From contig CALVNE010000004.1 in assembly GCA_944349515.1 (NCBI GenBank), positions 2,166 to 66,165 of the forward strand: DNA of 64,000 bases. The letters run 5' to 3'. Each line of letters opens with the position of its first letter. Position 1 is the stretch's first letter. The notes beneath the pieces are model-generated. The model saw nothing but the letters and a program-made list of their open reading frames with translations. It did not search any database and was not told the origin of the DNA. Both the position numbers and the translations under genes were made by a program. The stretch is from an uncultured Clostridia bacterium (GTDB lineage: Bacteria; Bacillota; Clostridia; Christensenellales; UBA1242). Below are positions 9,926 to 21,800 of the stretch, one piece after another.

Positions 9926-10321
9926 ATGGAAGATAAAAAAATGCCAACGCCACCTAAGATTGTTCCACCTCCACCACCGCATATGAAACGGCAGGAGGGT
10001 TTATCTACGGCGAAGGAAGATAAGGCAAGCGCCTCAATAGATAATGCTCCTTTGCCAAATGAGAAGGGAAACGGCAAAGAAAATTCACTTGCGTCGTCAA
10101 GTGAAGAAGTGCTTTCCACAAATGATGAAAAGGTGAACGCTTCGCCGTCAGCACCTAAGAGCGAGGAAAAAGAAAACGTCGGCAAGACAGCGGATGAAAA
10201 AAGTAAAGAGGAAAAGGTTGAGAAAAAGAAAATCGACAAAGTCAAACTCCTTTCGTGGATTGGCGCTATCTTTGGCGGCGTGTTACTAATTGCGCTTATA
10301 GTGCTGTTGATAATTTATTAA
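9926..10321 (+). CDS. hypothetical proline/acidic-rich tail-anchored membrane protein
   Basis: I prefer the in-frame ATG at 9926 (SD AAGAGG at 9914-9919) over the track start at 9875. Begins MEDKKMPTPPKIVPPPPPHMK, then a low-complexity S/E/K region and a C-terminal TM (IGAIFGGVLLIALIVLLIIY). Confidence 0.5.
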   Translation: MEDKKMPTPPKIVPPPPPHMKRQEGLSTAKEDKASASIDNAPLPNEKGNGKENSLASSSEEVLSTNDEKVNASPSAPKSEEKENVGKTADEKSKEEKVEKKKIDKVKLLSWIGAIFGGVLLIALIVLLIIY

Positions 10322-10386
10322 AAGTTAAAAAAAGTGAAAAATTGAAAAAATAGCGCTAAAATGTGCAAAAAAACTGAAAAAAACTT

Positions 10387-10423
10387 AAAAATTCAGCATT
10401 TTGATGTTGAATTTTTATTTTTT
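10387..10423 (+). terminator. rho-independent terminator candidate
   Basis: AAAAATTCAGCA (10387-10398) pairs with TGTTGAATTTTT (10405-10416) at 11/12 positions. A T-rich run follows. Confidence 0.4.
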
Positions 10424-10438
10424 GGCAAAAATTAGGCT

Positions 10439-10891
10439 ATGAAAAAACTTATTGTGTTTATGATGATAGTCCTTATGGTGAGTTTAACTTATTTTGTTAA
10501 GAACGACTATAATCCGCTCTTTGCGTATGCCGGCACCACCAAAGTCTGCCTTGTTGTGAAAGACGGCGCGCTTAGCGAGGGCGAGATAGTTGACTCTGGC
10601 AATATCGACTTTGTTTACCTTTCCAAGGAGGCAGGGTTAAATGCCGTTTCAAAGGTGCCGGTGGAGGGGATTGAGTTTTATTTGTCGGGTGCAATACAGG
10701 AGGAAATTTTGACCATATTGAAAGCAAGCGTTATTAAAGAAAGCACGATTAATAACATTAATTTAGTCTATGCATATACGCCGTATTATCAAGATTCCAT
10801 TATAATGGAAGGCAAAAAGGTCAACTTGCAACTTGCGCTTTATGGCGAGGAAATTATTGCGGGTTTCCCGATAATTTTGACGGGCTATTAA
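10439..10891 (+). CDS. hypothetical exported protein (weak resemblance to the YwmB/DUF1779-type C-terminus)
   Basis: 150 aa with an N-terminal signal/TM. Ends ...EEIIAGFPIILTGY. It lies upstream of the SpoIIQ-like gene. The family call is tentative. Confidence 0.45.
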   Translation: MKKLIVFMMIVLMVSLTYFVKNDYNPLFAYAGTTKVCLVVKDGALSEGEIVDSGNIDFVYLSKEAGLNAVSKVPVEGIEFYLSGAIQEEILTILKASVIKESTINNINLVYAYTPYYQDSIIMEGKKVNLQLALYGEEIIAGFPIILTGY

Positions 10892-10955
10892 AAAATTTAA
10901 AAATTTATGTTTAAACTTTTTGAAATCTGACAATAACATAGGCATGGAGGAAAAT

Positions 10956-11516
10956 ATGGAACTAAAATCTAACAAATTCAAAAACTTTTTCAAAAGATAC
11001 GGCGCGCTTGCCCTTGCGGGAGTGTTCACAGTGGCAATTGCGCTCACAGTGGCACTGACGGTGACAAACAGAGATTTGGAGGTCTCCACAACCGATCTCG
11101 CCTTCCAACTGCCGATGAATAATGCGGAGGTGATTCGCGACTACGACGAAAATTACCCACAATATTACGACATTCTCAACAAGTGGCAAATCCACCTTGG
11201 CGTTGATTTGACGTCAAACACTGACACAAGCGTAATGTCGGTTTTGGACGGCACGGTGACTGATGTTTACAGCAACAACCTTGAAGGTAACGTTGTGGAA
11301 ATCACTCACGCGAATGGCTTTGTTAGCACCTACTCTTCACTTGCAGACGGCGTGCTAGTAAGCGAAGGCGACGAAGTTACAAAAGGGCAAAAAATAGGCG
11401 AGGCGTCCAACACCGCAGGCAAGGAGTTTGACGACGAGATTGCACTTCACTTTATGCTCTTTAAAGACGGCGTGGAAGTTGACCCTAACGACTATTTAGA
11501 CCTTGGGCTTAAATAA
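10956..11516 (+). CDS. membrane-anchored M23/LytM-domain protein, SpoIIQ-like
   Basis: GGAGG at 10946-10950 precedes the ATG at 10956; alternative starts are 10944 and 10920. It has an N-terminal TM (ALALAGVFTVAIALTVALTV) and a LytM domain. HxxxD is intact (HLGVD), while the HxH position reads ALH. It lies upstream of spoIIID, as spoIIQ does in Clostridia. Confidence 0.6.
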   Translation: MELKSNKFKNFFKRYGALALAGVFTVAIALTVALTVTNRDLEVSTTDLAFQLPMNNAEVIRDYDENYPQYYDILNKWQIHLGVDLTSNTDTSVMSVLDGTVTDVYSNNLEGNVVEITHANGFVSTYSSLADGVLVSEGDEVTKGQKIGEASNTAGKEFDDEIALHFMLFKDGVEVDPNDYLDLGLK

Positions 11517-11761
11517 TTTCGCACTGTTTTAAGATGTAAGCAAAATCTTACAAAAATTTAAAAATCAAAATAGGCGCGCTTTAATGGTTTTGTGTAAAAG
11601 CAAAAAAATATTTAATTTGCGTCTATCTTAAAGAGAAAACTTGCTGGCGCTTGGCAAGTTTTTTATGTTTAAAAAATTTTAAATAAATATTTGATTTTAC
11701 CTTAAAATAAGTTGATTTTTTGAAAGTAACTATGGTATCATAAACTAGGTGGAGGTCAAAA

Positions 11762-11992
11762 ATGATAATAGAAAAAGTTAAAGAGTTGCTTGCAGAACAA
11801 CTTGGAATTGACGCCGGCACTATCGCTGACGAAGCCAATATTTTGGAGGATCTTGGGGCTGACTCGCTGGATATCATTGAAATGTTGATGACGCTTGAAG
11901 ACGAGTACGGCATAACAATCCCAGACGACAAAATCAATCAAGTTAAAACTGTTAAGCAAGTTGCAGAACTCATTGAAGAGTGCAAAAAGTAG
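11762..11992 (+). CDS. acpP: acyl carrier protein
   Basis: 76 aa. Has the phosphopantetheine-attachment motif LGADSLDIIEM. SD is GGAGG. Confidence 0.9.
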   Translation: MIIEKVKELLAEQLGIDAGTIADEANILEDLGADSLDIIEMLMTLEDEYGITIPDDKINQVKTVKQVAELIEECKK

Positions 11993-12051
11993 ACAAGTTT
12001 TATCATATTTCGACAAATTCTCTCATATTTTTTATATGGGAGGATTTTTTT

Positions 12052-12309
12052 ATGAAGCCATATATCGAAAGTCGCACGCGAGAACTTGGAGAATATGTCT
12101 ACCAAACTCACGATACCATAAGGGAGAGCGCAAAAAAATTTAACCTCTCTAAAAGCACCGTGCATTATGATTTGTCAAATAGATTAAAAAGGGTGGATGC
12201 CGAACTTTATAAGGAGGTCAAAAAAATTTTGGATTTGCACTTTTTGGAGAAGCACATAAGGGGTGGAGAGTCGACTAAATTGAAATATCAAAATGGCAAA
12301 AATAAATAA
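12052..12309 (+). CDS. spoIIID: stage III sporulation protein D (mother-cell transcription factor)
   Basis: ATG at 12052 preceded by GGGAGGA. MKPYIESRTRELGEYV...SKSTVHYDL...IRGGESTKLKYQ closely parallels B. subtilis SpoIIID. The track's upstream extension from 11980 is rejected. Confidence 0.85.
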   Translation: MKPYIESRTRELGEYVYQTHDTIRESAKKFNLSKSTVHYDLSNRLKRVDAELYKEVKKILDLHFLEKHIRGGESTKLKYQNGKNK

Positions 12310-12690
12310 AAATTTTTCTCTCTAAAAACACCTTGAAATAATAAATAATTATTTCTCTAAAATGTGTCTTGTAAAAGTAAAAAAGAAAAATCAAAAAATA
12401 TTAAAAAAATAGCAAAAAAATCAATTTTTTTTTGAAAAAAATGCTATTTTTTTATTATTTTTTGATTTTTTTATATTTTTTAAATAAAAATTAGCCGTTT
12501 TTTATTTTAAATAAATTTAGCAATAATTAAACTTTGTGGACTATTTTTTTAATATTTTACTTTGCTTTTATATAAAAAATCTTAAAATAAAATTATTCTT
12601 AAAATTTTAAATTATTTTTTAGACAAATTTGTTTTAATATTTTCCAAAATAAAATGTTTAAAAATATTCGATAAAATTTATCAAATTATT

Positions 12691-12718
12691 TTGATTTGCG
12701 CCTTAAATGATATATAAT
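12691..12718 (+). promoter_or_regulatory. candidate sigma-A promoter of the giant gene
   Basis: TTGATT at 12691-12696, 16-nt spacer, TATAAT at 12713-12718, about 70 nt upstream of the ATG. The background is very AT-rich, so a chance match is possible. Confidence 0.35.
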
Positions 12719-12788
12719 ATATTATATATTTAAGCCTACTTGTTTAAATATTTATTTGCTTTATGCAAATATTATCTAAGGAGGAGTC

Positions 12789-12857
12789 ATGAAAAAAATT
12801 GCACCCATAATGCTTTGCGTGTTTATGATGTTTGGTGGAATTGTGCTATCCGCTTGT
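12789..12857 (+). other. lipoprotein signal peptide of the giant protein (cleavage before Cys23)
   Basis: MKKIAPIMLCVFMMFGGIVLSAC has a basic n-region, a hydrophobic core and an L-S-A-C lipobox. The Cys codon TGT is at 12855-12857. Confidence 0.75.
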
Positions 12858-15800
12858 TCGGGAAGCAATATCTCTTTGTCGCTCTCAACGAACTATGTGG
12901 AAATTTACACGAATGACGCCGACCGCGAAAATTACCAATCGGCAAATATCGAGGTTAGTTTAAATGGCTCCAATGACGGAATTGATGTTCAAGTTGAGTC
13001 TGGTGACGATGTTGTTACTATCGCCTCACGCGAAAACTCTTCTTCGTCGACCACTATCACCTTGAATGCCATTAAGTCTGGTGATGCAAGGGTGAAAGTT
13101 TATTCGCGAGAAAATAATGCGGTGTATGACTACCTCAATATTAAGGTCTACACCTTGCCAACCGCAACAAATATTATCGACCAAAATGACGATAACAACA
13201 GAACGAGTATGTTTGTGGTGAAGGACGGCGAAGGCGTGTCGCTTGAAGTTGATAAGTACATATCTTTTGAACCGGCCGATGTTAATGTTAAAGATATCTC
13301 ATGGTCTTTCAACTCTCAAAATGAGGAAATAAGCACAGTTTATGAACAGGATATGGGCGATGGCACAACAGAGACTTATGCCGAGATTGTTAACAACACC
13401 TTGAAAGTTTATGATGCTTGTAACGAACAAACTATAACTGTATACGCCATTGTGGAAACCGACCGCTCGCTCTCTAAGCCGCTTGTGTTTGAGGTGATTG
13501 AGTCTTCGTCGATTAACTATTATGAGATAGGCGGTCATGAGATAGACGATGCTGACGGCGAGGTGGAATTTGACCTTGTTAGAAACAACTCGAACACTGA
13601 CGCCTCAAGTGGTGTGGGTGTGTCGTCGATTTCCGGCGAAGTGTGCCTTACCACTTTCGACGAAAATATGACTTTAACGCCAAAGGCATATTTAAAAAAT
13701 AGTGGAGTGGAGGTTGAAGCGCGCGAATACTTTAAGTTTACCTACAACAGCGTTTACGACGATGTACGAGGAAGGTTGACTTTCTACTTCACTATTGACG
13801 CGCTATATGATGACTACACCATGGAAAAGCGCTTTGGCGAACTATACTTTGATTTGGTCTTTGAATACAGCGAGTATGTCTATTCGATAAGCGCGCGCGA
13901 AGAGCTTGTCGGTGAGCCGGTGCTCAACCTTTCCTTTGTTCCGGAAAGCATTGTGCTTCGTGACCAAAGTGGCAACGACATCGGCGGAAATCCTATTGAT
14001 TTATACTCGCAATACTATGGCTCTCAAGGCTATCTCGTGACCGGCTATGTCTACCCGGACGATGTGCCACTCAGTGACGATACATATCGAATCCAAATTG
14101 ATTTAAGTGAATATATAGGTCTTGCGGACTCTGACAGTGAGGGCTTTGTTGACCGCTTCCTTCAAGTTTCTGATAGGACAGGGCGTAAGATTGAACTTGA
14201 GCAAGTGGGTAACTCGCAAACTTACCTTTCCACATCAATCGCCAACGGCACTTCGGTTTACTTAAGAAGTGGAGATCTTGGAGGCAACCCTTCGATAAAT
14301 GGCTTTCCAATTTCCTTCCTTGCCAGCGTAAATTCTCATGTTGCCACCGAAAGTTTAACCGCCAACCTCTATTATATAACCACAGGCACAACAATGACTG
14401 TTGCTGAGGTAATTTACGACGAGGACGGCAACGAGTCTTTCGTGGATGACTACACCGCCGTAAAATATCTCTCTTCGGCGAGAAACAGCGCCGGCGTGGC
14501 GTCCACAAAGGAATATTTCTTTAGAATTTCCGGCATATCTTCTGCCGAGGGGCTTTCGCTAGATCGGGCGGAAAACCAAAACTTCACCATAACCATGGAC
14601 GAGTACGCGCGTTCCGCTGACGACGAGGAACAGTTTGTTATTGTTAGGGTGACGGTGACGCCGAATGGCACGAATTTCCGCGACCGTACCACTTTTAGAT
14701 TTTACCATAAGTCCGGCTTAACGTCGGATACGGTGACGCTAGAGACTTTTGTTCCGCTTGCGATAGCGTCGGTGCAAGATAACAATCAGGCCTCAAACAA
14801 CATCTTTGGCGAAACGACCGAGGAGCAAAACTATCTTTTAGTTGACGGAGAAATTGTTGCCGAGGGCGCGTCGTCAACAACCTTGTCTTCAATTCTGGCT
14901 TCGGCTGGGTCGAATGTTTCCATTTTACTAAATTATCAAAGCGCCACACTTAACACCGTGGCAAACACCGCGGGTTATCAATTCTTCTTCCTAAATTACG
15001 AACTTTTAGACATGGAAGAGGACGAATTTAAGAGTTTGAACGTTGCGGATATTTTGAATTATAACAACGCCTTCACCTCCGACGGCATCACCGACTATTT
15101 TACCTACAACAACGGCGTTTTGAGCCTAAATGACAGCGAGTTTGTGGTCTTTGTAAAGGTGGAATTCTATGGCTATGACTCTAATCACAACGATGTTACA
15201 TTGGTGAGGTTTTTCAAACTTGAAAGTTTTTATCCGGTGACCATTTTAAGAAGCAATGTCTCTGATGTCAATCTTCTCTCTCACCAAAGTTTGGCGGAGG
15301 GCGATGAAGAACTTTCGCAGGTTGATGTCACCTTAACGCTTAGAAGTGACAGTAAGGTGACAACATATGCTTCCGAAGATGAGCACCTTTCCTATTTCAA
15401 AATCATTTTAGGTGCAGAAACAAGTTATGTGGTGAACAACGACAACCTTGCAAACGGCACGCTTGAGGATGAGAATAACTCTTTTGAGAATATGCTATCT
15501 TTATATGATATTTCCTATATATATAACGATTATTTATACTTAACCAACTTTCGCCTTGTTGGTGGCAACACGTTTAGGTTTAATATACGAGCGGAGTCGA
15601 CCAATTTCCAAAACCATGTCAATGATGTTGTTATGATTGAATATAGTTACGGCAGTGTGACGTACAGAGAGTCGATAAATGTCAATATCACTCAAGTTAA
15701 TCGCGTGGAGGAGGTTTCATGGCTAAACGCCAATGCCGATTCCAGCATTTACCTCAATCTCGCAACCAATGATACCCTAGAGCAAAACTTCACAATTATC

Positions 15801-18800
15801 ACCTCGGTGGGCCCAAGCGATGCTTACAACACCTCGCTTTCGCACGTCTATCAGCCGATGGATAACAACGGAGATATCCTTCAAATAACCACATCTGAAG
15901 TCGGGCAGACCTTCACGCTGTCCATTAATAGCGCCACAAGAGGAGGCTGGGGCTATCTTTACCTATTGCCAGCGGACATGATTAAAGCACAAGGTGGAAC
16001 AAGAAGAGCGCTAGTGTATAGGCAAGATGATTTAGGCAATATGGTCAGCGAATTCCTTGCCCTTGATGATATCCACAGTTGGTATGACGCTGTTATTAAT
16101 GGCGAGGAAGGCTATTTAAACTATTTCCTCAACAACGACGATGAGAGAATCTATTATCGCGATATAATTGTGCAGATAAGAATAACTGTTGCTGACGGAA
16201 CGAGCGAAGAAACGGCAATTAGAATCTATGAGGAAGCGGATTTTGTGCAAGAGATACAAGAAAATCCTAGCCTCTTTTATCGCATAATGAACGATTTGAC
16301 GCTAGAAGACTATAAAGAAAATTTCAACTTTTCCGGCATGATTTTTGGCGATAACGAGAATGTTTCCATAAATCTTAACGGCATAAGTTTGATAGGTGAA
16401 CTTTCTGGCGTTGTGAAGGACCTAACAATCTATGGCTCTTCAACAAACGGTGCGTTTGTGGCAAGTAAAATTGGCGAAAGCGTGACAAATAACAACGTAA
16501 TAAGCGCCGGTTATCGTCTGCCAACCGTGGAAAATGTGATTATAGATGTGCGCTATGACGATGAGAGCAACAGATACGAGCCGAGCGCTTTAAGTGGCAG
16601 TAGGTCGGAGAGCGGTACTACATATGCCGGCGCCATTGCCTCAGTGAACGGCGGAATTATTTTAGACTCTTATGTTTACGGCGTTACTCTAAACACTACG
16701 GGCGTAGATTATGTTGGCGGGCTTGCCGGCTGGAGTTACGGCGAAATCAGCGGTTCTGGCGTGGAATTTTATCAATTTGCGGGCGACGATAACAACTATA
16801 CTAACACTTTTGCGGGTGGTACAATCGGCGGACTTGTGGGGCATTTGGGAAGTCAAGACTTCACATCTTCCGTAACAAATTCCTACGTCTACGCCTTCAA
16901 TCTTAATGCCGGCGTTGGCGCTAGTGGAATTTCCTCTTACACATCAAATATTTTAGGCGCGCAATGGTTCGGCGGGCTTGCTGGAAGTTCCGAAGGGACG
17001 GTAAACATTGATACCTCTTTCGCCTTTATGGGTGAGTACGCAAATTTAATCGGCAATCTAGGGACGGGGACGAACATTACAAATGCTTACATCACTTACT
17101 ATAGCATTAGCAACGGACTATATTACCCAAATTTCACATATTATAACGGGAACGGTGTTTTGAACACGGTTAGTTACAGCCAAATGAACACCATGCCTTG
17201 GACGGGGCTTGATAGCGCAATTTGGGAGTATGAAAATATTTCCAGCGAATACAACTTTGGTTATCCGTATTTTAAAGAGGTTAAACAAACAATGAGTGCC
17301 TCGGTTGAGCAAACAGTGCAGTTTGTTAGTGGCAAAAGTTTGCCTGTTGACGGTGGCGAAAATGGCATTTTGTTTAACTATAGCGTTCGCGAGAATGTGA
17401 CGGGCGACATTGCAAACGGCGAACTTGAGGCTTATAACACCATATCTTTAAAAGAGTTGTTTGGAGTGACAGAGGCAGAGTCGAGAAGTCTACTTTTGTC
17501 GGTGGATAACCCTCTTTACGCGCACTTTTCTAACTCCTCAATTACGACGCTTATGACCACCGATAACTATGCCGGCAGAGTTGTGGGCGTGACGCTGACC
17601 AGCCGAACAGATTTCAGTAACAGCAAAAAGTTTAACATTATGATAATCGACGCCATACCAGAATTTGTTGTGACCGCAAATGACGTCGTACTGAGAGATG
17701 AGCAAATTTTAAGCGTTCAAACGGGGGCTAGAAATGCCCAAAGCGTGAGTGTTATTGTCGACGATACAATTTACCTAAATGGCGAAAGTTACACCTTGAT
17801 TCTTGATGACTATGACTACTTTAATGAGTTCGATGAGACCAACCAATATGAGGGCGTGGAGAACTATTATTTTACCCATGAAACGCTGGGAAATGCCATT
17901 GAATATCAGGCGAATAATGCCTCGGAAAGCAATGTTAACGCCAATATTTATCTGGGCCTTACCAGCCTTGGCGCAAACTATGAAAGTTACAGTGAGGCGA
18001 TAAAGATAAACAACACAAGAAACCTTCTTCTTTACGCTTATGACGGCGCAAATTCGCTTTCAGTCAGTGCGGACTTGCTTAGTTTTAAACCGCTTGGCAC
18101 CACTTCCTTTACCGCCACAATAAACTCTGATAGAGTGGACGAAAAACTATTTATCGAGGTGGGATATGATGACGGAAATGACGAAGAGATCTATGATGTC
18201 ATCTATTCTGACGATATGAATGGCACGGTTAAGATAAATGACAATTTAGAAATTTACTTCTCTATGACGGAGGAGAAAAACGGTAACAATATCTTTGTAA
18301 ATACCCTTATCGGCGTGTCGCAAGATTATAGGCATAGGGTAGATAAAGACTATAATCTTACGCTTTACATTAGGCCGGACAGCAAGCGCACAAGCGATGA
18401 TCTTCTTTCCACCATTTCTCTCACCGTTCTAAAGCAATCCATTGAAGATTTTAATGTCACAAACTACTCCCTATTAAGTAAGCAACTTAGAAATTCAAGG
18501 TGGTATTATGTGCGTAGCGAAAATATCACCACAACAATCGCGCCGGGCACGGAAACGATCCTTATGGTCGACGTCAATCCAAATTATGCACATATGTCTA
18601 ACTTTACAGTGACATATACTCTCTCTAACCCTAGCGCTGGAACGGTGAGTTTGTCGCGCTTAATGTATAACAATAGTTATGGCTACTACGTTGACAGCAC
18701 AACCACCGAGGCGCTCAATGCCTATAACTCCACCTTGCGCGGACTTAATGTGACACCGACTGATGACGATTTAAGAAATGGAGTTTACTATTTTAGGCTA

Positions 18801-21800
18801 TATATCTCTTCAAGTTTCACGGCAAATTCTTTGATTAACCTAACCTTCACCTTCTATGACGGAGAGGAAGTGCTTAAATCGGAAACGGTGCCATATACTA
18901 TCGATTACATTCAAGAGGCGGTTGTGCTTGTTAACGGCGAAACTTCAATAATGCTTGCTAGAGGTGATTCGGCTTCCGTCAGCGTGGAAGTGAACATCGA
19001 CCAAACCCTAGACAGCATTTATCTAAGCGGTCACGGCGCTTACATCACCATGACAAACATCACCGAAACAATCTATCCTACCTACAAACTTTACACCGCT
19101 TCAATCAACACCTCGGTGCTTTCTACTCTTGCCTCGGGCGAAGAAACAGGCTCCTTCACGGTGGAGGCGTCGGTGGTAAGTTACATAAACGGCAGACCAA
19201 GTTATAAATATAGTTACGCCACCATTTCCCTTGTTGATTTTGTTGTCAACACAAGCGAAACTTCGCTTAGCACTTCAGGTTCAACCTCTATCTATGGCGG
19301 GGTGGAATACGACACCTTTAATTCCTACATGAACGCGTCAAACGAGTTGTCATTTAATTATTCCGTAAGCCCGTCAAGTTACACCTACAACACCGTCGAA
19401 GAGGAGATTGCGGTAAATGAACTTCTTCAAAAACAGCGCTCTTTCCAAAGCACCGGCTATTATGCCGACGCCGAAAATGGCTATTACATCAATTACGAAA
19501 CGAATCCAATTTCCGGCGCGATAGAAAAGGTTTCCTTGAAGGAAAGACTTTATTACGCCAACAGCGACGGCACCTATACGGCGGTTTATAACAGCCAGCA
19601 AAATAGGTTCCTTGAAAATTCCACCTTCGATTTTGTGGGCGGTGATGAAGGAAATTCTATCACCATTCGCGGAAAGCAGTCGGGGAGCGTTTTGCTTAGA
19701 CTTGAAACCATTATTATGGTGGGAAATAATATACAAAGATTTAACTATGACTTTGTTGTGCGCATTACCATTTGGACGGATGAAGAAGTGCCAATCCCAA
19801 TCTACACGGCGGAAGAATTTTTGCGATACTTAAATGGAAATCCGGACTCTGAGGGCAACACCGATTCCGGCGACTATATCCTTATGAACGACATAATTTT
19901 AGATAGTTACGTGCCTCAATCGACGCAGTATTTCGATAGTCTCGACGGAAATGGCTACACAATCTACCTTAACTCCTTTACTTTTGACAACGCTTCGACG
20001 ACATTAAACCTTGCTTTGTTCAGTGAAGTCACCTCAAATTCCACCATAAAGAATGTCAGAGTTAACCTCTATAATGCGGGGCAAATAACGGTGAATATTC
20101 AGCAGTACGATTACATCAATATTGCCGGCTTTACCCTTCTAAACAATGGTATCATATATAACTGCGATGTCGTTTCCTTCTATGATGTCAATAACTCAAG
20201 TTATCGTGTGGGTGGCAATAACGGTATCGTTGTAAGTTTCGTCCGAGGAAATGGCGGTCAAGCAGTTGATTTGACTTCTGGCGACATAAGGCCAGAAAAC
20301 ATCAATATCGCCGGCTTTGCGCTTGATAATAATTCGATAATCACCAACTCGCGCGTTGGCGGTGAAACATATAAATGCATCCGCGAAGAGTTTGATGAGC
20401 GCTATTACGACGAAATGTCACTCTCCCTCTTCACCATACAAGGGCAGGGCTATGTTTCCGGCTTTGTAGGTGAAAACTCTGGCACTATCTCGGCGTCGTT
20501 TGCTAGCAACATGGCAATCAGCAACAGTATGCAAACCACGCTTTCAGAGACTGCCGGCTTCGTTCTAGAGAACCTTGGAACGATTAACACCTCCTATGTG
20601 CGCGGGCAGTACTCCACCGCCGATGACGATGAGTATTATTACGACGGGTCGACAATTTCCACCACCGGCAATGTGGGCGGATTTAGTTATTACAACAATG
20701 GCACAATAAAAAATAGTTACGTCAACTTCGCCATTGAAATTGAACAGTCAAGAAGTTATATGTCGGCGGGCTTTGTTTACCGAAATGGCTCGGAGGGCAT
20801 TGTAACGCTTTGCTATGCGCAAGTGAAAATGTCCTCTTCAAGCATAAACGATATGAGCTTTTCCGGCGTCACTGAAGGCGGGGTGAGCCTTAACGAGAAT
20901 GACGACGGCATCTCTTATTGCTACTACTTCTCTGACGAGCGCGATATCGACATTCAAGGGGAATATGAGGGGATAGGCGCCTACGCCATTTCAACAGTTG
21001 ACGACGAGAGCGTGTATTATAGGTTCAGTTTTGCCTCAGAACAAAACGCTGTGGACGGCATTTGGACGATGCTTGGCGAGGGCAGAGGCATCACCCTTGC
21101 AAGCGCTGACCACATCGCTTTCTCGAATAGGTACATCGTTTACGACGAGGAAAACGAGGAAGAATATGCGCTATTTTACAGCACTCTGCGCGACTACACC
21201 ACAAGGCTTCAAGTTGACCTCTCTTACGGCTCGCTTAACAACCCTATCATCATTAGAAGCGCGGAGGATTTCGCAAGAGCCACGGGCAGGGCAACAAGCG
21301 AGGAAATTTCTTCCTATCAAAATTACTATAACGATTATGAAGTGTTTGGAAACTACCGCTTTGTCAACGACATTGACTTTAGCACCATAGACCAAAACTT
21401 AGACGATAATAAAGCGGTAAGGCTGACAACCACCACCAAGGAATTTTCTGGTATTATTGACGGAAATGGCTTTACCATTTCTAATATCGTGCTGGAAAGT
21501 TCGGGCACCCTTGAAAATTACGGACTTTTCGCTAGCATAAATAACGGAACAATCATGAATTTGGGACTGGAAGTGGCGTCGGTTCACAACGGAACGGCAA
21601 GTATTGTTGGAACTTTGGCAGGCACGGCGATAGATTCTCGCCTCATTGGGCTTTCGCTGTCGCTTGCTGGCTCGCGCGATGACGAGGACGCCCTTGTTGC
21701 CATTTCCATACACGGAAATAATATCGTTGGCGGTGTTGTTGGTGCAGTTTTTGGCAACTCTAAACTTTCAGATATCTTGATTGAAGATATCGACGTCGCA

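Noticed and set aside
12003-12031. Possible sigma-E-type promoter for spoIIID (TCATATT, 14 nt, CATATTTT)
   Set aside because: The match is appealing, but the predicted start point would fall on or after the SD at 12038. The region is also AT-rich enough for chance matches. It is not reported as a feature.
12386-12470. 29-nt imperfect inverted repeat after spoIIID, considered as a terminator or invertible-promoter boundary
   Set aside because: The stem is almost entirely A/T and therefore weak. The arms enclose only 27 nt, so it cannot flank an invertible promoter. No recombinase is nearby.
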